IMG/VR virus record: IMGVR_UViG_3300045974_000160
Location: 1-48,802 of that record
Source of the DNA: a virus
Direction: 5' to 3' (one strand)
DNA length: 48,802 bases
In this document: one piece after another, positions 16,551 through 24,070 of the stretch
How the letters are laid out: the number at the start of each line of letters is the position of its first letter
Position numbering within the stretch: the first letter of the stretch is position 1
Notes under the pieces: model-generated
Databases searched by the model: none
The model's input: the letters and a program-made list of their open reading frames with translations, nothing else
Told to the model about the DNA's origin: nothing
Translations under genes and position numbers: made by a program

Positions 16551-16739
16551 ATGAACACAAGCCCAGAATCACTGCGCGAACTAATCGCAAGCCTTGGCAT
16601 ATCGCAACGCGAGTGCGCCCGTCGAATTGGATTAAACCCAAGAAAATTAAGGGCTTATCTTTCTAATCCAGAGGCGTCCACGCATGAGCGATGCCCTGTG
16701 CCTGTTGCTGTTGCGATTAGATCGTTAGTAAATAAGTAA
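16551..16739 (+). CDS. Small HTH DNA-binding protein (62 aa)
   Basis: LGISQRECARRIGLNPRKLRAYL is HTH-like. Confidence 0.55.
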   Translation: MNTSPESLRELIASLGISQRECARRIGLNPRKLRAYLSNPEASTHERCPVPVAVAIRSLVNK

Positions 16740-16774
16740 ATTCCATAATGATCTAACAAAATGCTGCATTTTGA

Positions 16775-16803
16775 TTGATCTATGTCCCATAACCGCGTAT
16801 AGT
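16775..16803 (+). promoter_or_regulatory. Sigma70-like promoter TTGATC-17-TATAGT
   Basis: Hexamers and spacing read directly. Preceded by the TGATCTAACAAAA box, which also occurs at 15898-15910. Confidence 0.45.
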
Positions 16804-16862
16804 ACAACCCATGCCGACAAGCAAACCGGCAAACTTCAAATCAACTCAAAAGAAATAAGGCC

Positions 16863-17075
16863 ATGAACATCAAGACCGAAGTCAGCATAACCCTCCAAGA
16901 GCAAATCAAAGCAATGGGCGCGGCGGTAAATGTAACGTGGCAGATGGTCACGCAAAGTATAGACGCAAGAATACCTGACATTGATGATGCAAATTTTGAC
17001 AAAATCATTGCAGAGGCAAAAATACAGGTAGAGTCGGCAAGGGATGCGTGGATGAAATTAAATTGCGCAGCGTAA
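16863..17075 (+). CDS. Hypothetical protein (70 aa)
   Basis: ORF with an AAGG Shine-Dalgarno. The antisense 16841-17083 ORF is rejected. Confidence 0.55.
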   Translation: MNIKTEVSITLQEQIKAMGAAVNVTWQMVTQSIDARIPDIDDANFDKIIAEAKIQVESARDAWMKLNCAA

Positions 17076-17142
17076 TAAACCACAACATTACCGCAGCCGG
17101 ACGGTTATCCGGCTATCAACTAAAATCAAGAGGAACGCAGTC

Positions 17143-17454
17143 ATGATCTACTCAACAGAATTATCGGAAAGAATTTTAGACCTTATAGAATCGGTTGCGC
17201 TTGCAAATAACGGCTACGCATTTACTAATGACAAGGAAGCGGCAGAAGCATTAGAAAAAGCCGGTTATATTGTTAAGATAAATACGACAGGCTTTGCCTT
17301 TACGGTTTACTCTTTACATGCATATGAATGCGCTAAACAAGATTACAAAAACGCACCAAAAAAACAACAACAGAAAATAAGCTTTAATTCTTACTATCCT
17401 GATTATGAAGGCGCAATACTAGCAAGACAAGAAAAGTACATGATGGATGCGTAA
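17143..17454 (+). CDS. Hypothetical protein (103 aa)
   Basis: ORF with a GAGG Shine-Dalgarno. Confidence 0.6.
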   Translation: MIYSTELSERILDLIESVALANNGYAFTNDKEAAEALEKAGYIVKINTTGFAFTVYSLHAYECAKQDYKNAPKKQQQKISFNSYYPDYEGAILARQEKYMMDA

Positions 17455-17513
17455 AAACAACCCGCCGCCGGACGGTTTCCGGCATTAACTCAACTCAACT
17501 AAAAGGCACAACA

Positions 17514-17999
17514 ATGAACGCACAAAACCCCGTACACGTATCAGGCCCGCAAAACGGTTTGCAATTCAGCGGCGAATTTAAAATCCCGCAACCGCCCACC
17601 ACGATTACTTACATCGCCAAGCCGCAAGACAAGCGCTGCAACTGGTGGAGCGTTCAGCTTCCCGATAGCGGGCTAGAATTGGACGGTGAACGCCTAGCCG
17701 CGCCATATCTCAAAAACGGCGCAGACTTGGAGCTTGCACCGGGGCAGATGATTATTGACAGCGAGGCAATGCACCATCGCCGCGAACGCGGCTACCGCGT
17801 CTTGCTAATCGTCGCGCTTAACAGCGGCGAATGGCGAGTGCTAAACCCAACCGCAGCCCGCAAAGCGTATATCAAAGCCCACGGCGGGCGGGACTTAATG
17901 CGCGAAAGCGGCGACGTAAACGGCTGTATTCGCATGGCCGTTTGGCTTCGTCGCCAGCCGGATTTAGATGCCGCCTTTGCCGAGATTGAAGCCGCTTAA
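17514..17999 (+). CDS. Hypothetical protein (161 aa)
   Basis: ORF with an AAGG Shine-Dalgarno. Confidence 0.6.
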   Translation: MNAQNPVHVSGPQNGLQFSGEFKIPQPPTTITYIAKPQDKRCNWWSVQLPDSGLELDGERLAAPYLKNGADLELAPGQMIIDSEAMHHRRERGYRVLLIVALNSGEWRVLNPTAARKAYIKAHGGRDLMRESGDVNGCIRMAVWLRRQPDLDAAFAEIEAA

Positions 18000-18088
18000 T
18001 CAACCAACCAAGCCGCACGGAAGCGGCACCAATCTTGCGCTATTGTCGCGCAACTGACGAGCCACAGCATGGCGAAATTGGGGGATTT

Positions 18089-18438
18089 ATGAGTATCGAC
18101 ATTGACAGCTTGACAATCGGGCAAGCAAAAGAACTCGCGGCATTGCTAGGAAATACTACGCCGCAAGCGCAAGTTCTGCACTTTTTCGAGATCGGGAAAA
18201 ACTACATCGTCCGAACTGTGACGATGATTTACACCGGGAAACTTGTGGATGTCGGCCCGCAGGAAATTGTGCTGATAGACGCCGCGTGGATTCCTGAAAC
18301 CGACAGATTTATGCAGTTCGTGGCCGATTGCGCAGTTAAAGAATGCGAACCTTACCCGGACGGTCGGCGCGTAATTATCGGTAGAGGGGCTTTAGTTGAT
18401 GCCGTTGTGCTGGAAAAGGATCTCCCTCGGAGTCAACG

Positions 18439-18442
<4 letters not shown>
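18089..18442 (+). CDS. Hypothetical protein (117 aa from ATG 18089)
   Basis: GGGGG Shine-Dalgarno before MSIDIDSLTIGQAKELA. The track start at 18035 is less likely. Confidence 0.6.
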
Positions 18443-18609
<167 letters not shown>

Positions 18610-18616
18610 TTTTTTA

Positions 18617-19030
18617 TTGCCATGGATGGCATATTTTAATGAGATTTATATGAAACCACGCTTAGGAAAAATCTGCCGGTTTAGATTTAAAACCGTCGAT
18701 ACTTTTATGACGGGCAAGGGGATTTGTATTGGCTATGTTAGTGACATCATGTCACGAATTCAAGTGACGGAATCGCCGGATTATGAAAAAGACAAAGTAA
18801 TCCACGTTCGCCACGATCATATCCAAGGCCAAGAGAAAGGAAAGCCCTACTCCAAGACGCACATAAAAAGCTACTTTGTGCCTCTGCCTGTCTGGGTAAT
18901 TGAATGCCTTAAGCGAGAGTCAACCAGGCTTAACGTAAAGCCTAACGCGCTGGTTATTAAAGCGCTATTTGAAACTTACGGCTTTGCGCCCGATCCTGAG
19001 TTTTTGGAGAGAGAAGATGAAAGTAAATGA
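18617..19030 (+). CDS. Hypothetical protein (137 aa by the track; ATG at 18650 also possible)
   Basis: ORF only. Confidence 0.55.
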   Translation: MPWMAYFNEIYMKPRLGKICRFRFKTVDTFMTGKGICIGYVSDIMSRIQVTESPDYEKDKVIHVRHDHIQGQEKGKPYSKTHIKSYFVPLPVWVIECLKRESTRLNVKPNALVIKALFETYGFAPDPEFLEREDESK

Positions 19031-19217
19031 TAAAAATTTAAAAAAACAGGTAGACGTTATGTGCAAAGATTGCCTTAAATTTAAATGCTATTGGCCTAGG
19101 CTTGATCCTGGAATTTTTAATCAGGGACAGGGTTATAAGCATCGTTCCGATAACTGGCTTTGCGGTACAAGGGAAATTAACGGATGCCCAGATAGCCCGG
19201 TAAAAAAAGATGATTAA
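19017..19217 (+). CDS. Cys-rich hypothetical protein (66 aa from ATG 19017)
   Basis: MKVNDKNLKKQVDVMCKDCLKFKC...CGTREINGC. The start lies inside the end of the previous gene. Confidence 0.5.
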   Translation: MKVNDKNLKKQVDVMCKDCLKFKCYWPRLDPGIFNQGQGYKHRSDNWLCGTREINGCPDSPVKKDD

Positions 19218-19296
19218 ACCCTGCCAAGGCCAGAAATGCAAAAAATGCGCCGCATTCGGATGAGGTTTACATCCTATCAATGAGGAGATTAGAGAA

Positions 19297-19437
19297 ATGC
19301 AGAGAGAAAATCTTAGAATGCCTTCTGGCTTGAATGTGCCGAGTAAATCAACGGCAATCAATAAAACCGAAATAATTATCGGATTTGCGTTTTTAGCTGT
19401 GATTATGAGTTTTGTGATTGCGGGGTTTATAAGCTAG
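19297..19437 (+). CDS. Small C-terminally anchored membrane protein (46 aa)
   Basis: GAGGAG Shine-Dalgarno. MQRENLRMPSGLNVPSKSTAINKTEIIIGFAFLAVIMSFVIAGFIS. Confidence 0.45.
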   Translation: MQRENLRMPSGLNVPSKSTAINKTEIIIGFAFLAVIMSFVIAGFIS

Positions 19438-19463
19438 ACATATACTCATCAACTGTTTTAATA

Positions 19464-19495
19464 TCCGCGTCGATGCCTCTGCAAACTTCGACGCG
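19464..19495. terminator. Hairpin between convergent transcription units
   Basis: ccgcgtcga-N14-tcgacgcgg, a 9-bp inverted repeat. Confidence 0.4.
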
Positions 19496-19496
19496 G

Positions 19497-19868
19497 CTAT
19501 TCTATTTCATTCAATATAACGATTATTCGCGGATGGTTTTTATCGACTGTAAATTCGTCATTAAACCCTATAACGTAATTCCATCCATCTCCTTGTAATA
19601 TCCCGCACTCTGTTAGTGCGTCAAGAATAAACTTTTTTGCGAATGCCACATTGTCTAAATCCCTTCTTTCGTTCTTTTCAAACCATTTAAATTCAACAAA
19701 TACAGGTTTTTTGATTGGTTTAATTCCAAAACCGTTTGCTGATTTTATTATCAGTGATTGCGCGTCCTGCTTTAATTTATTGGCTTTATGATGATTTGAC
19801 CTACACGCTAGAATGTAATCATTAGCGCCGGGTAGTCTTCCGATTATTGTAAATGAATAACTAGCCAT
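19497..19868 (-). CDS. rusA: RusA-like Holliday junction resolvase (123 aa)
   Basis: ERRDLDNVAFAKKFILDALTECGILQGDGW matches the RusA DxDN...DAL core. Confidence 0.7.
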   Translation of the reverse strand: MASYSFTIIGRLPGANDYILACRSNHHKANKLKQDAQSLIIKSANGFGIKPIKKPVFVEFKWFEKNERRDLDNVAFAKKFILDALTECGILQGDGWNYVIGFNDEFTVDKNHPRIIVILNEIE

Positions 19869-20088
19869 TTTCGGCTAATTGCTTCATAAGTTCATTAGAA
19901 TAAAATGACGCCTTTTCAGCGTCTCGCAATGGGTCTTTTGGGGTTTTGTGCATCATCCTGCAATTATACTTTATCGCATTTCCAAGCAAAAAACCAATAT
20001 ATTGATCCTGTGTTAGCTTTGCTTTTATGATGTCTAGCGTTTCAATTCCGCCCGCGTCATAGTATGACGCATTGATGTCTTTACTCAT
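19861..20088 (-). CDS. DUF3310-like phage protein (75 aa)
   Basis: YYDAGGIETLDIIKAKL...GNAIKYNCR is typical of the family. Confidence 0.6.
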   Translation of the reverse strand: MSKDINASYYDAGGIETLDIIKAKLTQDQYIGFLLGNAIKYNCRMMHKTPKDPLRDAEKASFYSNELMKQLAENG

Positions 20089-20157
20089 TTTTTTATCATG
20101 ATGTTTTTGTTAGATTGTCGCCCTAATTTTTATGGCGAAAGTGTGGCCTAATGCTTG

Positions 20158-20406
20158 TTAATCTTGAAACCTTAACTCACCGGGATTGTATTTAGACCAA
20201 TAGAAAAACGCGAAAGAATTCAACCGGCAAAGGTTTGTAAAAAAATGGCCGTACTTATCCCCACATTCGGGGCATGTCGGGTCGACCAAATATAACCGGC
20301 ATTTTGTACAGATGAACTGATGCCTAACCATTCGATCCAGCGCGCCCGCGCCACGAAGCGATTCGGTGTTTTCAGGTTTCGTGTCTGGCGCGGGTCGATT
20401 ATTCAT
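20158..20406 (-). CDS. Zinc-ribbon hypothetical protein (82 aa)
   Basis: CTKC...CPEC. Confidence 0.5.
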   Translation of the reverse strand: MNNRPAPDTKPENTESLRGAGALDRMVRHQFICTKCRLYLVDPTCPECGDKYGHFFTNLCRLNSFAFFYWSKYNPGELRFQD

Positions 20407-20420
20407 GGCGTTAGACCGTA

Positions 20421-20444
20421 GGTGGGCTAATTTGTTAGCCCACC
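20421..20444. promoter_or_regulatory. Perfect 10-bp stem / 4-nt loop hairpin
   Basis: ggtgggctaa tttg ttagcccacc, 15 nt upstream of the ATG at 20406. No T-run follows. Confidence 0.5.
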
Positions 20445-20464
20445 GAGTAGGTGCCTATTGCTCG

Positions 20465-20728
20465 TTAGGCCAACAAGGGCTGCTGTGGGATAACGCACCA
20501 CATATCAACGCCTTTTGGGTGGACATGAAGCGAACCGTCATCATCGGCAATGATAAATTCAAGGTCGCTTGCTGAACATCCTTTTTGCTCGTGAAAAGCG
20601 GCAACAAAGACACCAAGTTTTTCTCGTTGGTGAGCGGTGACTTTATCGGGCAGATCGAGAAAGCCTAACTCGTCGCTCCATGCGAGCGCGGCCCCTTTGA
20701 TTCTTTCCGGTTCTGTTTTGGCTTGCAT
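20465..20728 (-). CDS. Hypothetical protein (87 aa)
   Basis: ORF only. Confidence 0.55.
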   Translation of the reverse strand: MQAKTEPERIKGAALAWSDELGFLDLPDKVTAHQREKLGVFVAAFHEQKGCSASDLEFIIADDDGSLHVHPKGVDMWCVIPQQPLLA

Positions 20729-20824
20729 TTTTGTCTCTCTGTTCTGGTTTCGTGGGAGACGCGCCGCAAGGCTGGTTGGTGTTTCAAAGTTTGGTGGTGG
20801 CGCGTCCCGCTGAACGCCTAGCCG

Positions 20825-21112
20825 TTAGGCCCGCTCACGGATCGCTCTAGCTGCGGCCCATACATCATCATGAGCCGCAGACTCTTGTTGTCCGCCGGGA
20901 TATAGCATTATACGTTCACATTCCTTTGCGCACTCTTCGATTGCAATTTCGGATATTCTCCGTCCGAACGCCAAGCAGTCAAATTGTTCTCCCTGGTTTG
21001 GAAGAAACTCGTCGCGGATTGCACATATAAGATCGTCAGTCATGAGCCTAACAGGGCCGGTCAAGTCGACCCGCCCGCCTTTGCCCGGTTTGGTGTTTTG
21101 TGGTTGGTTCAT
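20825..21112 (-). CDS. Hypothetical protein (95 aa)
   Basis: ORF only. Confidence 0.55.
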   Translation of the reverse strand: MNQPQNTKPGKGGRVDLTGPVRLMTDDLICAIRDEFLPNQGEQFDCLAFGRRISEIAIEECAKECERIMLYPGGQQESAAHDDVWAAARAIRERA

Positions 21113-21171
21113 GGTTTCGTTTTCTCGTTGGGTTTTGCGGCCTGCCGTCCGTCAGCTTTGTTGTTAGGTGC

Positions 21172-21282
21172 CTAATCGAGACTTTCGGTAGGGCAACCAC
21201 ATTTTGGGCATATCAAATCAGGAGCATGATGATAATGAGCAAACCAGCCACATTTTGGATTTACACATTTTATATATCCCAT
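21172..21282 (-). CDS. Small zinc-ribbon protein (36 aa)
   Basis: MGYIKCVNPKCGWFAHYHHAPDLICPKCGCPTESLD. Below the track cutoff. Confidence 0.4.
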   Translation of the reverse strand: MGYIKCVNPKCGWFAHYHHAPDLICPKCGCPTESLD

Positions 21283-21659
21283 TTTCTTACCTATTTAACG
21301 TTGTTGTTGTAAATCTATGGCCTAACAAACCGTTGGAGGGTACGCGGGCGATAAAGCCGCCCGCGTCCGTCAGCGGGGGCGTTAGGCCCGTTGTCGCAGG
21401 GCCATCGCGCCACTTGTAGGAGGTAGGTTTCCCCGTTGTCACTCAACGGCAAGTAACTATCAGCGGATGCTATTTCTTCATGGCGCTACCTCCAACAGAT
21501 CGCGCATCGTTATCAGCCATGCGCAGCGTTTGCAATAGATTGCCCGGTTTTTAACTGACCAGGCCTAACAAGTAAATCCATCGCACCGCCGGGATAATCC
21601 GGCTGTACTTCGGGTAGTTTTGATTGCTCGCCCGACGCTTATTATTGCTCATGTATAAA

Positions 21660-21863
21660 TTAAAACGGAAAATCTTCCTTGTACTCATCTATCAGTTTTC
21701 TGATAAAAGCCGACCTTCCTAATTCTCCGCGAATACTGTCCAGTTTATCGCGGTCATCCGTGGTCATATATATATTGACTCTAACGGATTCGGATTCTTC
21801 GGATAACCTGTTTCGGCCTTGGCCCTTCCTTGGGTTGTCATCTTTATGCGCTGAGGTAGGCAT
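21660..21863 (-). CDS. Ribbon-helix-helix (CopG/MobC-like) protein (67 aa)
   Basis: Basic N-terminus, then VRVNIYMTTDDRDKLDSIRGELGRSAFIRKLI (strand-helix-helix pattern). Paralogue of 22102-22299. Confidence 0.55.
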   Translation of the reverse strand: MPTSAHKDDNPRKGQGRNRLSEESESVRVNIYMTTDDRDKLDSIRGELGRSAFIRKLIDEYKEDFPF

Positions 21864-22029
21864 TTATGCACTTCCGTAAATGCAGTTTGTTAATATCAAT
21901 GTTTTTACTTAGTTTTTGCAATCCATCATCAGTTGGGCTAAATGAATACCCATTTATACGTACGTATTGTAGCCAATAATCTCGGCCTTCCTGGGTATGT
22001 TTTATTTGTTCGGTAGTCATTTCAGTCAT
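21844..22029 (-). CDS. Hypothetical protein (61 aa)
   Basis: ORF overlapping the start of the RHH gene. Confidence 0.5.
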   Translation of the reverse strand: MTEMTTEQIKHTQEGRDYWLQYVRINGYSFSPTDDGLQKLSKNIDINKLHLRKCINAYLSA

Positions 22030-22101
22030 CCAGTTGCGTTTCGAGTGATTGAAATTGTACGCAAAGAATGAATCCGGCGCAAGCTTTTTTTGCGCAACAT
22101 T

Positions 22102-22299
22102 TCAAAAAGGCGCATCTATCAAGTCGTCAGGGTCTACAGCATTGTCTATCTGTTCCCTCAAAAACCTTGCCCCGCCAATCCTAGTAAGTTTGGCTTGTTG
22201 CTCATAAGTAAGTCTGAAAGATACTTTTGGCGATTCTCCTTCATCGCTTAAAGGGGGACGGCCTTTGATTTTACTTTGATTATTTTCATTTTTTTTCAT
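22102..22299 (-). CDS. Ribbon-helix-helix (CopG/MobC-like) protein (65 aa from ATG 22299)
   Basis: KGRPPLSDEGESPKVSFRLTYEQQAKLTRIGGARFLREQI. Shares the C-terminal D-PF ending with 21660-21863. Confidence 0.6.
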   Translation of the reverse strand: MKKNENNQSKIKGRPPLSDEGESPKVSFRLTYEQQAKLTRIGGARFLREQIDNAVDPDDLIDAPF

Positions 22300-22300
22300 A

Positions 22301-22474
22301 TCAATCAATTCTAATCGAATTCTTTTTTAAATGTTTTCCGTTTCTTATGGTTTTGCATGTATATCTTGCGCCATCTTTGATATGAAAATACGCATATCCT
22401 CCGCTTACTTCGTCTATAAAAATAAACTCGTTTGGAATATTAAGATATTCGGCTATTTCATAAATTAGCTCCAT
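22301..22474 (-). CDS. Hypothetical protein (57 aa), first gene downstream of the repeat array
   Basis: GGAG Shine-Dalgarno. MELIYEIAEYLNIPNEFIFIDEVSGGYAYFHIKDGARYTCKTIRNGKHLKKNSIRID. Confidence 0.5.
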   Translation of the reverse strand: MELIYEIAEYLNIPNEFIFIDEVSGGYAYFHIKDGARYTCKTIRNGKHLKKNSIRID

Positions 22475-22512
22475 TTTAATCTCCTGTTGCGTATGCGTTT
22501 TGAAGTTGGCTT

Positions 22513-22541
22513 ATTGTCGGACAAAAACATCTTGGCGTCAA
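22513..22541 (-). promoter_or_regulatory. Sigma70-like promoter TTGACG-17-GACAAT overlapping repeat site 1
   Basis: Minus sense. The -35 is at 22541-22536 and the -10 at 22518-22513, inside the TTGTCSGACAA site. Confidence 0.4.
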
Positions 22542-22970
22542 GCTTTTTGTCCGACTTTATTCAAAAAACCGCTTTTTTTGTCGGACAGAAATCATGTTTT
22601 TGTCGGACATTATTGAAAATTCAAGCCTTTTTGTCCGACTAAAATAGCAATTTTGTCGGACTTTAATCTTAATTTTGCTGATTTTGTCGGACAATAAGAG
22701 TAATTTTGTCGGACTTTAACATGAATTTTACGCTTATTGTCGGACTTTATCAGCGAAAAAGTTTGTTTTTGTCGGACAAAATGACTTGAAAACGCTGTTT
22801 TTGTCGGACAATATCAGCCAAAAACCGTAATATTGTCCGACAATATTAAATAAATCACGCTATTTTGTCGGACAATATTGCACTCTGAGCGTGTTTTTGT
22901 CCGACAAAATTAGCATTCTGATTTAGTTTTGTCGGACAATATTGTAAATCACTGCGTAGTTTTGTCGGAC
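22514..22970. repeat. Array of 16 TTGTCSGAC sites (consensus near-palindrome TTTTGTCSGACAAWA), iteron/operator/centromere-like
   Basis: Sites start at 22514, 22547, 22578, 22600, 22631, 22653, 22684, 22706, 22737, 22769, 22801, 22833, 22865, 22897, 22929 and 22962. Confidence 0.9.
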
Positions 22971-23290
22971 AAAATCAACTCATCGCACACGATTAACACA
23001 AGCCGCCCATGGGCGTTGATCGCCTCATCGATTTTGCATTGCTGCGTGTCGTCGTCATCGTCCACGTAAACGCTCACAGAGTCAATTCTGAGCCTCTTTA
23101 GCGCGTCAGCTAGGACAACCTGTGCAGGCAAGTCCGCCACGACCGCTAGCGCCTTCCTGAGCGGATTTTCAGCCACTACCGCGCTAAGCGCTTGCGCAAT
23201 TCTGGCTGACCCATCATCAATCAACGAAAGTTCCCGAATTTTGTACCCCTCCTCGTTGATCTCCTCAAAATTATAAATTCGTGCCAACAT
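22949..23290 (-). CDS. Hypothetical acidic protein (113 aa)
   Basis: ORF only. Its last codons contain repeat site 16. Confidence 0.55.
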   Translation of the reverse strand: MLARIYNFEEINEEGYKIRELSLIDDGSARIAQALSAVVAENPLRKALAVVADLPAQVVLADALKRLRIDSVSVYVDDDDDTQQCKIDEAINAHGRLVLIVCDELILSDKTTQ

Positions 23291-23326
23291 CTGTAAAACC
23301 TCGCAAGTTATTGATTGTTACTTAAA

Positions 23327-23364
23327 GTTTCGACTCGACACTAAAAACCGTATCGAGTCGAAAC
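23327..23364. promoter_or_regulatory. Perfect 12-bp inverted repeat gtttcgactcga-N14-tcgagtcgaaac
   Basis: Read directly. Intergenic. Confidence 0.6.
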
Positions 23365-23393
23365 TATTGTGGATTATTCCGTTATCTTAAAAA

Positions 23394-23618
23394 TCAGTCA
23401 GTTAGCCATTCTGGCTTGGTTGGGGCTTCGCGCCATGCGCGGGCTTCGGATGGCTCGATAATCAAGCTGTAGCCTTCGCCAAGCGTTGCCACGCGCCATG
23501 CTGCGTGTCCCGTCATCACGCTCTGCGCCGAATTGACAATCCATGCCCTGCCATTCGTCCAAATCGTAATCAGCCTATCCTTCGGCGCATTGTCCATCGT
23601 CTGCCATTCGTTGTTCAT
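23394..23618 (-). CDS. Hypothetical protein (74 aa)
   Basis: ORF only. Confidence 0.55.
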   Translation of the reverse strand: MNNEWQTMDNAPKDRLITIWTNGRAWIVNSAQSVMTGHAAWRVATLGEGYSLIIEPSEARAWREAPTKPEWLTD

Positions 23619-23642
23619 CGTTTTGCCTTTGTTTTCAGTGTG

Positions 23643-23825
23643 TTAATCAAGTTTTTCCCAATATTTCAAAAGCCAGTCTACGTTCATCCATCTAATGATT
23701 GATGGCCCGTATTCGCATTTAACCTGTTGATTTTTGTACTCTAATACGACAATTATTTTGTCGAATTTGGATTTCCAACTGCCGATTAACTCGGGTTTTT
23801 CGTTGTTTTGCTGTTCGTTGCTCAT
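23643..23825 (-). CDS. Hypothetical protein (60 aa)
   Basis: ORF only. Confidence 0.5.
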   Translation of the reverse strand: MSNEQQNNEKPELIGSWKSKFDKIIVVLEYKNQQVKCEYGPSIIRWMNVDWLLKYWEKLD

Positions 23826-23895
23826 CGGTCATCACCTCTTTTGTTTGTAAATCAAAATGTTGCGTTGTTTTGGTTGTTTACATGCAATTACTGTA

Positions 23896-24069
23896 CCGGG
23901 GTTTCGGTGTTTCCGGGGTTTAGTTCCCACTATACGTGTAAATACTCTAGCACTATAATAACCGTATATATTATACGGTTTTACTTTTTTACGCGAGGGT
24001 TAGAAACAAACCCCGAAAACCCCGGAAACCCCGGTTGAAATGAACCAATTGCTATGGTTGAAATGAACC
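23896..24069. repeat. Repeat-rich non-coding region: inverted triplets of CCGGGGTTT, a 9-bp-stem palindrome, and two TGGTTCATTTCAACC repeats. Candidate origin or control region.
   Basis: Left arm 23896-23921. Right arm 24008-24034 on the opposite strand. aaccgtata-tat-tatacggtt at 23961-23981. ggttgaaatgaacca at 24032-24046 and 24055-24069. Confidence 0.6.
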
Positions 24070-24070
24070 A

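Noticed and set aside
21283-21560. GC-rich hairpins (for example acgcgggcg-ataaagc-cgcccgcgt at 21342-21366) as a structured ncRNA gene
   Set aside because: There is no clear promoter or terminator and no recognisable RNA family, only isolated stems. Noted but not callable from sequence alone.
20100-21600. Recurrent YCTAAC / GTTAGG motifs, including TGATCTAACAAAA at 15898 and 16749 and its complement at 20104-20116, as a phage promoter or methylation motif
   Set aside because: Several copies are simply GCC-TAA-C stop-codon contexts. Orientation and distance to starts are inconsistent, and the core is short. The motif cannot be separated from chance or compositional effects without a statistical scan.
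22514-22970. Could the regularly spaced repeat array be a CRISPR array?
   Set aside because: The conserved unit is only 9-15 bp with 17-24 bp between units. The units are palindromic protein-binding-type sites in both orientations. There are no cas genes and no leader. It fits iterons or operators, not CRISPR.
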